Assembly (NCBI GenBank): GCA_038045185.1
Contig: JBBSYO010000020.1
Coordinates: forward strand, 1-52,734
Source: Nanobdellota archaeon
GTDB taxonomy: Archaea; Nanobdellota; Nanobdellia; Pacearchaeales; GW2011-AR1
Direction: 5' to 3'
Length of the DNA: 52,734 nucleotides
Shown here: positions 1-9,885 of the stretch, one piece after another
How the letters are laid out: each line of letters starts with the position of its first letter
How positions within the stretch are numbered: position 1 is the stretch's first letter
Position numbers and translations under genes: made by a program
The notes under the pieces: generated by a model
Databases searched by the model: none
What the model saw: only the letters and a program-made list of their open reading frames with translations
What the model was told of the DNA's origin: nothing

Positions 1-67
1 TCATGGATAAATTGGCTAAAAAAGAAGAAAAGTGATTATACTTTATCTACTAATAATTAAGCATATT

Positions 68-138
68 TTACTGCCAAAATGGTAAAGTTTATAGCGTTTA
101 TATAGAATAAACTGCCTTATTCTTACTGCCAAAATGGT
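68..138. repeat. two direct copies of TTACTGCCAAAATGGT (68-83 and 123-138) flanking a TATA-like tract
   Basis: 16-nt identical copies read directly; the tract gtttatagcgtttatatag lies between them. A minus-strand ATG at 2-4 may start a gene leaving the window. Confidence 0.45.
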
Positions 139-162
139 CAAAATTTCTGCCCAATCAGATTA

Positions 163-504
163 TCACGTCCTGTACCCAAATCGTCTAGCATAATTCTTAT
201 GATCGAAGTATTCTAAAATAACTGCAAGAATTTCGGTATTGCTTGGAGTTATAACTGAATAAATTAATCTCCAAGCGTTTGGAAGCGGAAACCACCAGAT
301 ATTATCTACTGCGTATTTTTGCTTGTACTCCTTAGGCATTAAGTTCTTGGGAATTCTTTCGCCTGCAAAAACATTTTCTTTTAAATCAAAAATAGCTCTT
401 CGTAAGGCTTTCTTGAGCCAGTCATCTTCAGGAAGAGCATTGAAAGTGCGTTCTAAGTTATCATCTGCAAAAACAACACCATCTGCCCTCTTTTGCAACC
501 TCAC
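163..504 (-). CDS. RelE/ParE-superfamily-like toxin (type II TA)
   Basis: 113-aa ORF. The C-terminal pattern NAWRLIYSV...ILAVILEYFDHKNY resembles RelE/ParE-fold toxins. A small partner ORF lies 5 nt upstream on the same strand. Confidence 0.5.
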   Translation of the reverse strand: MRLQKRADGVVFADDNLERTFNALPEDDWLKKALRRAIFDLKENVFAGERIPKNLMPKEYKQKYAVDNIWWFPLPNAWRLIYSVITPSNTEILAVILEYFDHKNYARRFGYRT

Positions 505-509
505 TGAAA

Positions 510-803
510 TTAATATCTAGTGCGATTTATAAATTTCTTGGCTAGTTCTGGATTCCAGATATAAACAACATAATCGTTCTTGTCAATGCCTATTTTATTA
601 TTATCCCATAAATACTGCAATATTACGCTAAACGTGCCCCACATCATCTTTTTAGGCAATTGATTAAGCAATTCTGTTTTTCTGTATTCTCCGCTGTGTT
701 CTCTGATAAAATTTTCAACCATCGTAACCGTGTCTAACCGCGGGCTTCTCGTTATAATATTGGATATGTTAAAATGCATTTTCCTTGTCTCTTGTTCAGC
801 CAT
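510..803 (-). CDS. putative antitoxin / small DNA-binding partner of the RelE-like ORF
   Basis: ORF 510-827, internal ATG at 803 preferred. Position immediately upstream of the toxin-like ORF; no motif recognised. Confidence 0.35.
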   Translation of the reverse strand: MAEQETRKMHFNISNIITRSPRLDTVTMVENFIREHSGEYRKTELLNQLPKKMMWGTFSVILQYLWDNNKIGIDKNDYVVYIWNPELAKKFINRTRY

Positions 804-1013
804 AGTATCTATTGATACTAGTATCAATCGATTATATAAGCCTTTCGATTTTCAAGGTCGTACAAGAAAGATACTTAGGTGACCACACATTGAGGTTTTG
901 TAGTCGCCCAATAAGGCAAGGAAAAGGGTTTTATGCTTTCGTCAGTCTTATCTCGCCCTTCTTTGCCTCGACCTTGAGAGCGTCGCCTTCCTTGAAGCCC
1001 GCCTTACGGAAAA

Positions 1014-1205
1014 CTATTTTTCAGGAGAATCTTTCTTGTCAATTAATTTAAACACATTTGAAAAACACTCCCCGCAATAACGCTTTTGGGGATGAACCGG
1101 CCCATAGTCTTCTTGATAATAAGAATCTCCAGGAATTATGTGAATGTCAAGTTCGTCTAGTATCTTACCACAATTTTCGCATTTAAACTTTGGGGATTTA
1201 TACAT
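1014..1205 (-). CDS. small zinc-ribbon protein
   Basis: 63 aa with CENCG...CGEC (two CxxC pairs). TATA-like ctatttataa about 25-30 nt upstream of the ATG. Confidence 0.4.
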   Translation of the reverse strand: MYKSPKFKCENCGKILDELDIHIIPGDSYYQEDYGPVHPQKRYCGECFSNVFKLIDKKDSPEK

Positions 1206-1302
1206 ATAAACAAATGCCAGATAAACTATTTATAATTTGCTGGACGAGACTACCCGCCATAAAGAGAAAGAGTTTTATATACTAATTTGAGCCCTATTAT
1301 AC

Positions 1303-3642
1303 ATGGATAAGAAACAAATGTCTGAAGAGGACATAAAACTCAGGTTCGTAACGCCTGCCTTGCTTGAAAAAGGTAAGTGGAGCAAAGAACAAGTCAGAAT
1401 GAACGTGTACTTCACGGACGGCAAGATTATGATTGCGGGGAAGACTGTTAAACGTGGAAAAAGAAACTTTGCAGATTATATCTTGCAATATAAATCTAAT
1501 AAACCCCTTGCAGTTATAGAAGCCAAAGATAACAATCACTCTGTAGGAGAGGGCATGCAACAAGCCCTAGAATATGCTGAAAAACTCGATTTACCCTTTG
1601 TCTTTACTTCAAATGGCGATGGCTTCGTATTTCACGATAGGGAATCAGGAAAAGAAATCAACCTTTCCTTGAGCCAATTTCCTTCCCCTCAAGAATTATG
1701 GGAAAAATACAAAAAATACAGAGGAATAACCGAAAAAATTGAAGAGATTATAACGACAGACTATTTTTACGAGCCCGGTTTCAAGCAGCCACGTTATTAT
1801 CAAAGAATTGCTATTGATCGAGCTGTTGATGCCGTAGCCAGAGGCCAAAAACGCGCCCTTCTAGTCTTAGCAACAGGAACAGGCAAAACTTATGTTGCGT
1901 TTCAAACTATATGGAGGCTTAGAAAAGCAGGACTCGCAAAACGTGTGCTCTATCTTGCAGATAGAAACATCCTTATAGACCAGCCAAAAAATAACGACCT
2001 GAAGCCACTTTCCAAAGTCATAACCAAAATTGAAAATCGTAAAGCAGACACATCTTATGAAGTTTACCTAGCACTATATCAAGCAGTTTCAGGCGAGGAA
2101 GATATAAAGAACATTTACAAACAATTTTCGCCGAGCTTCTTTGACTTGATAATTGTGGATGAGTGTCATAGAGGCAGCGCAAAAGCCGAATCACAATGGC
2201 GTGAGATTTTGGAGTATTTTGCGCCGGCTGTTCAATTAGGCATGACTGCTACACCTAAAGAAACAAACAAAATATCCAATATGGATTATTTTGGAAAGCC
2301 GCTGTATACTTATTCACTTAAACAAGGCATAGAAGACGGATTTTTAGCGCCGTACAAAGTTATAAAGGTCGCAATTGACAAAGACGTGCACGGATACAGA
2401 CCAAAGCAGGGAGAAACTGATAAATTCGGCTATGAAATCCCTGACTTTGTGTATACTAACCGCGAATTCGACAAGACGATTGTTATAGACGAACGAACAC
2501 AAGTAGTTGCTCAAAAAATAACAGAGTTTCTTAGAAATACCGATCGATTTGCCAAAACCATCGTGTTCTGTGCAGACATAGAACACGCTGAACGCATGCG
2601 AAAAGCCCTGATTAACGAAAATTCTGACCTCTATAAGCAAAACTCCAAGTACATTATGAGAATAACTGGAGATGACAATATTGGCAAGAGACAAATAAGC
2701 AATTTTATTGACCCTGCTGAGAAATATCCTGTAATTGTCACAACCTCTAAACTAATGAATACCGGAGTTGACGCACAAACCTGTAAATTAATAGTTCTTG
2801 ATGCCCCGATACAATCCATGACTGAATTCAAACAAATTATCGGTAGAGGAACGCGTATACGCGAAGATTATGGCAAGTATTATTTCACCATTATGGACTT
2901 CAGAAACGTTACTAATCAGTTTTCTGACCCTAACTTTGATGGCGAGCCTGTACAAATCTACACCATCAAACAAGACCAAGAACTAAAAGAACAACAGACT
3001 AAAGAACAATCCGTTCAGCAGGGAGAGCGCATCCTCGTAAGCCCAAGTATCGAGTATAGCGAAGAACCTGAAACAATCAAAAAGTATTACGTAAAGGAAG
3101 CTGAAGTTGAGATCATAAACGAACAGGTGCAGTATCTTGGTCCCGACGGTAAACTCATAACCGAATCGCTTAATGACTTCACCAAAAAGAACGTTAAAGA
3201 ACGGTTTAGAAGTTTAAACGACTTTATTCAGCAATGGAACATTGTTGATCAAAAACGAACACTTATAGAAGAGCTTGAACGTGAAGGTCTGCTTATTGAC
3301 GCTCTGAGAGAGGAAATTCCACAAGGAAAAGACTATGATGCCTTTGACTTAATCCTTCATATTGCCTACGGTCAAAAGCCCCTCACACGAAAAGAGCGAG
3401 CAAGAAAGGTCCAGAAAGATGCCTACTTCAGCAAATATGGCGACAAAGCGCGCAAGGTTATCGACGCCCTTCTTGAGAAATACGGCGATGAGGGCATAGA
3501 AAACCTAGAAAATCCCGAAGTCCTAAGAGTCAACCCCCTCAACAAACTCGGTCGCCCCCTTGAAATCATGAAACTCTTCGGTGGCAAAGAAGGTTATAGA
3601 AAGATGATTGAAGAGATTGAGAGCAGGTTGTATAAACAGTAA
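1303..3642 (+). CDS. hsdR: type I restriction enzyme R subunit (HsdR)
   Basis: 779 aa. N-terminal PD-(D/E)xK-like FADYIL...IEAKD, Walker A LATGTGKT, motif II DECHRG, helicase C-terminal motifs (TTSKLMNTGVD, QIIGRGTR), and an EcoEI-R-type C-terminal helical tail. Confidence 0.9.
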   Translation: MDKKQMSEEDIKLRFVTPALLEKGKWSKEQVRMNVYFTDGKIMIAGKTVKRGKRNFADYILQYKSNKPLAVIEAKDNNHSVGEGMQQALEYAEKLDLPFVFTSNGDGFVFHDRESGKEINLSLSQFPSPQELWEKYKKYRGITEKIEEIITTDYFYEPGFKQPRYYQRIAIDRAVDAVARGQKRALLVLATGTGKTYVAFQTIWRLRKAGLAKRVLYLADRNILIDQPKNNDLKPLSKVITKIENRKADTSYEVYLALYQAVSGEEDIKNIYKQFSPSFFDLIIVDECHRGSAKAESQWREILEYFAPAVQLGMTATPKETNKISNMDYFGKPLYTYSLKQGIEDGFLAPYKVIKVAIDKDVHGYRPKQGETDKFGYEIPDFVYTNREFDKTIVIDERTQVVAQKITEFLRNTDRFAKTIVFCADIEHAERMRKALINENSDLYKQNSKYIMRITGDDNIGKRQISNFIDPAEKYPVIVTTSKLMNTGVDAQTCKLIVLDAPIQSMTEFKQIIGRGTRIREDYGKYYFTIMDFRNVTNQFSDPNFDGEPVQIYTIKQDQELKEQQTKEQSVQQGERILVSPSIEYSEEPETIKKYYVKEAEVEIINEQVQYLGPDGKLITESLNDFTKKNVKERFRSLNDFIQQWNIVDQKRTLIEELEREGLLIDALREEIPQGKDYDAFDLILHIAYGQKPLTRKERARKVQKDAYFSKYGDKARKVIDALLEKYGDEGIENLENPEVLRVNPLNKLGRPLEIMKLFGGKEGYRKMIEEIESRLYKQ

Positions 3643-4287
3643 TCAAGGTTTATAGTTTTGTAGATATTCTATCTTAGGTAAAAAAGGATATTTTTTTAGC
3701 AAGGTAGAATCATTATGAACCTCTTTCAATAGATCATCTGTCCAGTGTTTTTTATCTGCAGTGATGATCGTTAATCTGTTATTATTATGTTCCTGAACTG
3801 CAGAAGCAAGAGTTTGGGCGTCAGAGTCATTAGGACTAAGCCAAGTAAACAAACAGCTTTTAAGATTAAAATCTATTTGACTAACCGGAATTACCACTGT
3901 ATCAATATAATTTTTAATAAAATAGTTTATTCTAGCTTGCAATAGATTAAAGATATTATTAACATCTTCTATAAATTTCTTTTTATCTTGGCTACTTTCA
4001 TACCCAAAAATTAACCTCGTAACAATTAACTTATCCTGCGGGAAAAGTATTTTAGACTGTTCACTAGAAAACAAATCGTAATTACTATCTTGAATTTTTT
4101 GGTTAAATTCAAAGAGTATTGCTTTTTGTCTTTTCAGCCATTTTGGAAGATTTACACTTACTATGTAGTCGCATAACAGAAAAGAATCTTTTTTGTTATC
4201 TACGAATAATTTTGCTCTTTCTTCTAAAGGATGTCCAAACGGCATACAAAAATAAATCGGAAGATTCATATCTAAAAAATATTTCAT
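3643..4287 (-). CDS. PIN-like domain protein (divergent, with insertion)
   Basis: N-terminal YFLDMN acidic strand. C-terminal NDSDAQTLASA...LTIITADKKHW matches the PIN C-terminal half pattern (D..A.A ... T.D..F/W). Overlaps the upstream wHTH gene by 1 nt. Confidence 0.4.
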   Translation of the reverse strand: MKYFLDMNLPIYFCMPFGHPLEERAKLFVDNKKDSFLLCDYIVSVNLPKWLKRQKAILFEFNQKIQDSNYDLFSSEQSKILFPQDKLIVTRLIFGYESSQDKKKFIEDVNNIFNLLQARINYFIKNYIDTVVIPVSQIDFNLKSCLFTWLSPNDSDAQTLASAVQEHNNNRLTIITADKKHWTDDLLKEVHNDSTLLKKYPFLPKIEYLQNYKP

Positions 4288-5348
4288 TACTCATTCTCCA
4301 ATCCTTCAAGAATTACCTTTTGGATATTCTCTGAAGAGTTATCTTTCGAAATCTTTATTTCGAATGGATTTGTTTCTTGCGCAACAGATTCTAATTCTTC
4401 GATATAGGACTTATAATTCATTTCCTTAAAATTGAGATTCAATTCTCTTATTTGTTGAAACAATTGTTTATTATCTTTATCAATAAATTCTTCCGAATCT
4501 TTAAATGAAGTAAAGGTTGTAAGAGTATCCCAAAGCTGATTCAATGTACCCTTAATTATCTCTAAATTCTGAATTTCATTTTTTTTGTTTAATAGAGCTA
4601 TTTGAGAATTGCTAATGAAATTTTCAAAATCGAAATAAAACTTTTCTAATTTTAATGGATAGTTCAATGATAAATCTAACAATGCTCTTTGAATGTCTGC
4701 GTTTATATCTTTATTTGTGTCCTTATTTATTTTGTGCAGTAAGAATAATCTTGCTAAATTTTCCTTAGCCGAATAAAACTTCATGTCATATTTTTGATAT
4801 TGATATTCTCTCTCTTGGTAAGCAATACCTGTATGTTTTTTATCTTTCAATATTTCTTTAATACACTTAATAATATCTAATTTTTCTTTAGGTTCTTCAA
4901 TCATACTCAAGATGTTTTGATTACTTGAATCAAAACTGGCACAGGTAGTCATGCCATAATGAAAGTTTAAAATAGGAAGATTAAGTTTGCAAGATTTTAT
5001 CACGTCTACGGCTATTTTTTGCAGAGCCGTTTTTGATAAGTCTGTCCCCTTTTCTTTTTTCCATTCTTTTTCAATTTCACTTAAAATATAAAGAGTTTTT
5101 GTCCTTATTTCTTTACTAAATGGAATACTATAATATACGGGATCATCAGTCCTTCTATAAACTTTCATTTTATCGGTACTTAAAATTTCATTCACCGCAC
5201 CGTCTTCTTTTAGTTTTTCTAAATAACTATTTGTTGTTGGCCAGTTAGAACCAACTTTATTTGCGATCTCGTTAATTCCCTTAGGTCCTTCAAATAGGAA
5301 ATCCAAAATTTCTTTTTTTATCTGGCTGGATGTTTTTCTAATTGTCAC
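4287..5348 (-). CDS. winged-helix (MarR/ArsR-like N-terminus) protein, 353 aa, otherwise unknown
   Basis: N-terminal ILDFLFEGPKGINEIANKVGSNWPTTNSYLEKLKEDGAV resembles a wHTH. Coupled to the downstream PIN-like ORF. Confidence 0.45.
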   Translation of the reverse strand: MTIRKTSSQIKKEILDFLFEGPKGINEIANKVGSNWPTTNSYLEKLKEDGAVNEILSTDKMKVYRRTDDPVYYSIPFSKEIRTKTLYILSEIEKEWKKEKGTDLSKTALQKIAVDVIKSCKLNLPILNFHYGMTTCASFDSSNQNILSMIEEPKEKLDIIKCIKEILKDKKHTGIAYQEREYQYQKYDMKFYSAKENLARLFLLHKINKDTNKDINADIQRALLDLSLNYPLKLEKFYFDFENFISNSQIALLNKKNEIQNLEIIKGTLNQLWDTLTTFTSFKDSEEFIDKDNKQLFQQIRELNLNFKEMNYKSYIEELESVAQETNPFEIKISKDNSSENIQKVILEGLENE

Positions 5349-5500
5349 AAGAAATCACCCCTTTTCATAGCTATTTAACCCTTTCTTTGTTTATAAAACT
5401 TACTAAGGTAGGCGATATACTTAACAATCCTTGAACAACAAAGTTTAAATACCCTTTATTGTTCAGAACCAAGGCTTTCAAAAAAGGCTAAAAAAATAAA

Positions 5501-5752
5501 ATGACAATATCTCGTAAAGTTAAGCGCGTCATCGATGGAGACACCTTTCAAACATACAGGAAAGTAAATGGAAGCAACTATGTTAGACTTCCGGGAGTAA
5601 ATGCTCCTGAGTTGCATCAGTTTGGAGGCAGACAAGCCAGAGATAGACTAAAGCGACAAATTCAAGGCAAGGTTGTAACGTTGCAACCTGTTGGCAGGTC
5701 ATATAATAGGGTAGTTGCGAGGGTCAGACAGAATCGGAGGCTTGTTAGATAA
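5501..5752 (+). CDS. miniature staphylococcal-nuclease (SNase/thermonuclease)-like protein
   Basis: VIDGDTF...VRLPGVNAPE...GR..NRVVARV follows the SNase core pattern (V.DGDT, RL.G.DAPE, YGR). Only 83 aa, so the usual C-terminal helices are absent. Confidence 0.6.
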   Translation: MTISRKVKRVIDGDTFQTYRKVNGSNYVRLPGVNAPELHQFGGRQARDRLKRQIQGKVVTLQPVGRSYNRVVARVRQNRRLVR

Positions 5753-5940
5753 TGGTTCAAAAATTATTTGGATTAGGTTTAGGAGCAACAGGAACAGCCG
5801 CAATATTGATAGTGGGCGGAATACTGGTCACCCAATTTGCTTCAGAGGGTTTAGGGGAATTTGCCATATTTGGGGGAATCATGTTAGCGTTAATCTTTGG
5901 AGGGTTAGGTGTTTTAGGCATTCTAAGGAGGTTGCTTTAA
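5752..5940 (+). CDS. small two-TM glycine-rich membrane peptide
   Basis: 62 aa with two hydrophobic G/A/L/I-rich segments. The start overlaps the stop of the SNase-like ORF (taATGg). Confidence 0.4.
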   Translation: MVQKLFGLGLGATGTAAILIVGGILVTQFASEGLGEFAIFGGIMLALIFGGLGVLGILRRLL

Positions 5941-6195
5941 ATGATAGAAGAGAGAAAAGCAGAGGAGCTTATAGATGACCGAAACAAGTGGAAAATTTAT
6001 TTTGATTTAGAAATTCCAAACGCTGGATTAAGCATAAATAATAGAGGTGATTCAAGTGTTTTGGTTAAATTTACAATTAATCGCAAAGAGAATAATCGTT
6101 TATCTAATGAAGATATTGAGAAACTAAAGAACGATTTGAAAGATTTGGGAAAATTCAGAATAGTTAAACAAGGAAAAGAGTTATTGGAGAAATGA
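5941..6195 (+). CDS. hypothetical soluble protein (84 aa)
   Basis: ORF starts the nucleotide after the preceding stop. Charged, no motif recognised. Confidence 0.35.
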   Translation: MIEERKAEELIDDRNKWKIYFDLEIPNAGLSINNRGDSSVLVKFTINRKENNRLSNEDIEKLKNDLKDLGKFRIVKQGKELLEK

Positions 6196-6196
6196 A

Positions 6197-6388
6197 ATGC
6201 CTGGGGATGTAAACAATAAGATAGTTATTGGATTAGAGTCAACAATATTTTTAGTCTCTTTAATAATAGTCATCTTGCATAAGGTAGGAAATTTGTTTAT
6301 TCCGTGGGTCACACCCATATCTTGGTTAATTTTCTTAGGGACAGTTGGTTATTTTATAATTAGGATGATACAGAATATTAACCGTTAA
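6197..6388 (+). CDS. small two-TM membrane peptide
   Basis: 63 aa with two hydrophobic helices. Starts 1 nt after the preceding stop. Confidence 0.4.
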   Translation: MPGDVNNKIVIGLESTIFLVSLIIVILHKVGNLFIPWVTPISWLIFLGTVGYFIIRMIQNINR

Positions 6389-7695
6389 TTACTAAAACTC
6401 TCTTGTAAAACTGACTCCACCAGCCTTTCCGAATTTTCTTGGTTTTCTTTAACTTGTTTTTCAAGTTCATCGCACAAAGCCATTAGCGTGTCGACTTTTT
6501 CAACGATACGTTTTTGCTCGGCAAGGGGCGGAAGCGGAACTTTTAGATTGCTTAGTGCAACTCCATTAACGTTTGGTTGTCCCGTGCCCATAGATTCTTC
6601 AAATAATTGTTGCCAATACAAACTAGAACCGAGAAATAACTTAACGTACGCGGGATTTATTGTCTTATTCGGAATTGCTCTAATCAAGTACGAAGCGAAA
6701 ACAGCTTTAACGTTGACATTCTTGACCATATAGGACTTTCCAATTGTTCCTCCGGTTCGGGCAATTAAAATATCGTTTTCGTTTAATAAGTATTTTTCAG
6801 ATTCTGAATTATCTATTTGACAACTTGGAACTTCTAACCAGTTAACTTTATCATTTTGAATATCTGTTATTCTCAACAGCCTTATGCCCTTTGTATTGTG
6901 GACTGCGGAAGCAGTATAGCCGTAATGAATTCTTTGGCAAACCTCCCCTAGTTTCGTCCATTCCCATCCCTTCGGCAACCCATAAGGCTTTTCCTCATCA
7001 GAGATTGGAGCAAGTGGCTTATCATTTCTGATCTTACCATCTTTGATGAGTCTGTCTTTTTCTGTCTTAATTTTCTTTAACAACTCTGACGCTGGCTCGT
7101 CTTGCGGGTCTTGCTGAACAAGCTTGCCTTGCACGGCGTCTTGGAGGATGCGCTGACGGAGTTTGGAGATATAAGATTCGTTTAAGTTATCAATCTCGTC
7201 TAATTTGGTTACTTTTTCAGAAATAGAATTTATTTTATTTCTGATTTTTACTTGCATCTCTAAATCAGGCAATTTTATCTCTAACGGAAGAAATTTATTA
7301 GGTTTTAGCTCTGTTTTAATTCCGCCTTTAATCTGGCTATTTATTGCCTCTTTGAAATTTTTACTTTTTAAGAAAGTCTTGAAGTATTCGATGTCTATTC
7401 TAGATTCATCAAACAAATAAGCTGAATAATGTATTGTGGCCAAAATGTCTTCTTTACCTTGATAAACTGAAACTGCCCCTTTCTCAACATTAATACCAGA
7501 AATTACCAAATCTCCTTTCTTTATCAATATCATATCAGTGTTTGTTGGCTTATCTGTTAAGTGTATTTCTCCTGAGAAATCAATTTTGTTTAACCTTCTC
7601 AAATTCATTCTATTTGCTTCTAAGGGTTTTATTCTACTTTCTCTTTCTTTTAAGAATGAGGAAATTTTAATTTTCTTCCAATTGAACATTGTCAA
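6385..7695 (-). CDS. hsdS: type I restriction-modification specificity subunit (HsdS)
   Basis: 436 aa with two variable halves separated by conserved helical spacers. The C-terminal PLPPLAEQKRIVEKVDTLMALCDELE and central LPDLEMQVKI match HsdS conserved regions. Confidence 0.85.
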   Translation of the reverse strand: MTMFNWKKIKISSFLKERESRIKPLEANRMNLRRLNKIDFSGEIHLTDKPTNTDMILIKKGDLVISGINVEKGAVSVYQGKEDILATIHYSAYLFDESRIDIEYFKTFLKSKNFKEAINSQIKGGIKTELKPNKFLPLEIKLPDLEMQVKIRNKINSISEKVTKLDEIDNLNESYISKLRQRILQDAVQGKLVQQDPQDEPASELLKKIKTEKDRLIKDGKIRNDKPLAPISDEEKPYGLPKGWEWTKLGEVCQRIHYGYTASAVHNTKGIRLLRITDIQNDKVNWLEVPSCQIDNSESEKYLLNENDILIARTGGTIGKSYMVKNVNVKAVFASYLIRAIPNKTINPAYVKLFLGSSLYWQQLFEESMGTGQPNVNGVALSNLKVPLPPLAEQKRIVEKVDTLMALCDELEKQVKENQENSERLVESVLQESFSN

Positions 7696-7735
7696 AAAAC
7701 TCCATTATTAAAAATATTAAATAATATTTTCATCT

Positions 7736-8095
7736 TCAGATTTCCTTCAAAGATAATCTTTGAGTTTTTTCCATTTTAATTAAGTCTGTGATTTCTTTAT
7801 CAACTATGCCTTTAATTATTGCAGAATTAAATCCCATGTAGTTTATCATTGAATACTTGTTGTAAATGTCTTTTTGTTTCATTAAATCAATTAGATCTGT
7901 TTTGTCTTCTGGATAAACTACTTTATCATATTCTTTAATTGAACATTTCATCTTTGAGCCAAACAAAAGACTTGTGTTCTTTTGTTTTGCGAGTTCAATA
8001 ATTTTAGTTTTTAGCTCTTCTTCTTTTGCTTCTATTTCTTTCTTTAAAGATTGGAGCTTTTCATATTCATCAACTAAACCATTGTCATTACTCAT
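7736..8095 (-). CDS. hypothetical protein (119 aa, N-terminal coiled coil)
   Basis: ORF in the hsdM...hsdS operon. 8-nt overlap with the upstream ORF and 40-nt gap to the hsdS start. Confidence 0.4.
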   Translation of the reverse strand: MSNDNGLVDEYEKLQSLKKEIEAKEEELKTKIIELAKQKNTSLLFGSKMKCSIKEYDKVVYPEDKTDLIDLMKQKDIYNKYSMINYMGFNSAIIKGIVDKEITDLIKMEKTQRLSLKEI

Positions 8096-8585
8096 TTTTA
8101 TCCTTATAAAATTTATCTAAAGCCATCTTTCCAAATTTAGGATTTTTTTTGATTTCTTCTTCAATTCCCTTAATATGTTCGTCCATTATTTTTTGGTGCA
8201 TTACAAATCCTAAGCCAAATAAGTAATCTGCAGTCTCTTTTTTACTTAAATTTTTAACTTCTTTCTTAACATCATTCCATATTTTGTTATCAAATATCTC
8301 TCTAGCTATGGAAAATAACTCATCGTCTAATTTTGAAATTTCTTCTTCTGTATCCTCGCCGTAGATTTCTTTATGCATCTCGGCAGGGGTCTTGTTTGTG
8401 TCTGTTTGCTTTCGTTCATTATTGTACCAATTCATGAAGTCGTTCATTTGCTTTTCTATTTCTACTGATGTTTGTGCTTCTTTATTATTTTTAAGATATT
8501 CTTCAAAAGCCATTTCAATTTCCCTTTTTGCTGGTTTGAATGCGTCTCTTTCTTTATTTTCTTTATTGTTCATGTTAGTAGTCAT
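8088..8585 (-). CDS. hypothetical charged protein (165 aa)
   Basis: ORF in the hsdM...hsdS operon; no motif recognised. Confidence 0.4.
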   Translation of the reverse strand: MTTNMNNKENKERDAFKPAKREIEMAFEEYLKNNKEAQTSVEIEKQMNDFMNWYNNERKQTDTNKTPAEMHKEIYGEDTEEEISKLDDELFSIAREIFDNKIWNDVKKEVKNLSKKETADYLFGLGFVMHQKIMDEHIKGIEEEIKKNPKFGKMALDKFYKDKNE

Positions 8586-8614
8586 TTTTGTTGAAATTTG
8601 AAGGTATTTTATAA

Positions 8615-9496
8615 TTATCCGTGGTCAATTTTCCCCTCATATTTGAAGATATGGGCAAACTTGGCATTTTCACCAATTAATAATTTCAATTGTTCTCTAA
8701 CCCTTGACTCTGTTTCTCCAGAAGTAATAATTATATCATTAAAAACTGCAAAATAACCTGTGTTTACTTTTAATTCTAAAAGCCTTTTTCTTATTTTTCT
8801 TGCATTTGACTTGCTTAACTCTTGATGATAAACGCCCGTTAGATTAGGTTCTTTTTTTAATAGTCTATGTATTTCATCCCAATTTCTCATGCGATTATTC
8901 TCATTCTTTAAATAAAATCTTAGCAGTTCTTCGCTAGATTCTTCTTTCTCATTTAGTGGTTCATCTAAAGATTCAATTAATCCAAACTTGCTTTTTGCTT
9001 TAATATAATCTCTAGATAAAGCATCTACCATTCCCCTTCCAAATGTCATGTTATACCCGTTTAAAATACTTGAATAAACGATTTTTCCACAGAATGGAAA
9101 AAGAATTGTTTTTGCCATATACGGTTCAAATGGCAAAATATCCCTTATTTCGTCTTGCAACCCATAAACATGATATGCTTTTGATTCGTCGCCTAAGAAA
9201 ACAGATTTCTCTTTTTCATGCAAGATGTAAAAATCTCCTTTAACCAGTTTTTTCCATTGACTCACTATGTTTAACTCGGTTTGATTAAATCTTAACGGAT
9301 TTTCTTTAACAAATTCATCAACCATGTGCGGGTAACTAGATAATTTATCATCAAGTCTGGCTACCTCTTCAGCATATTGCCCATTAAAATCTGGAGTTGT
9401 AAGATTCTTTATTATATGGAACTTTTTATTTATGAAATGATATAATCCGTCACGTAACTTATAAAATAACTTAACTTCTTCATTGGATAGTTTCAT
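8615..9496 (-). CDS. hypothetical protein (293 aa)
   Basis: Largest embedded ORF in the hsdM...hsdS operon. 4-nt ATGA-type overlap with the upstream ORF; no motif recognised. Confidence 0.45.
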   Translation of the reverse strand: MKLSNEEVKLFYKLRDGLYHFINKKFHIIKNLTTPDFNGQYAEEVARLDDKLSSYPHMVDEFVKENPLRFNQTELNIVSQWKKLVKGDFYILHEKEKSVFLGDESKAYHVYGLQDEIRDILPFEPYMAKTILFPFCGKIVYSSILNGYNMTFGRGMVDALSRDYIKAKSKFGLIESLDEPLNEKEESSEELLRFYLKNENNRMRNWDEIHRLLKKEPNLTGVYHQELSKSNARKIRKRLLELKVNTGYFAVFNDIIITSGETESRVREQLKLLIGENAKFAHIFKYEGKIDHG

Positions 9497-9876
9497 TTAA
9501 TCACCTTATCCAATTTTAGTAGCCTTCTATATTCTTCATTTATTAAATCCCACCAGTTTTCTGCAGTGTCTACTTGTTCATCTTCCCTTGTAGAAAGCCA
9601 ATAGGTTTCAAAATTATAGGCTCTGATTTCTCCAATATAAATTATTTTATTACTATTTAATACGGCATAAATAGTAGCGATTGCCGGTGCGGGCCAGTCA
9701 ATACAGTCATCAAGTTCGCTTTTATCAATGCTATAACAGACATATAATCTTTGTTTTATCTTTTTTGTATTGGGTAGTTTAGGCACATTTTTTAATAATT
9801 CTTCTGCCCTACTCTCTTTTAATGCCCATCTTTGTAAACTTCTTGCTCTCTGAAGACTAATTTTATATCGGCTCAT
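9493..9876 (-). CDS. hypothetical protein (127 aa)
   Basis: ORF in the hsdM...hsdS operon; no motif recognised. Confidence 0.4.
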   Translation of the reverse strand: MSRYKISLQRARSLQRWALKESRAEELLKNVPKLPNTKKIKQRLYVCYSIDKSELDDCIDWPAPAIATIYAVLNSNKIIYIGEIRAYNFETYWLSTREDEQVDTAENWWDLINEEYRRLLKLDKVIK

Positions 9877-9885
9877 TTTTACCTC

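Noticed and set aside
5715-5978. 87-aa ORF overlapping the 62-aa membrane-peptide ORF in another frame
   Set aside because: It is Arg/Gly/Ser-rich and non-protein-like. The 5752-5940 frame gives clean TM helices and start/stop coupling with its neighbours.
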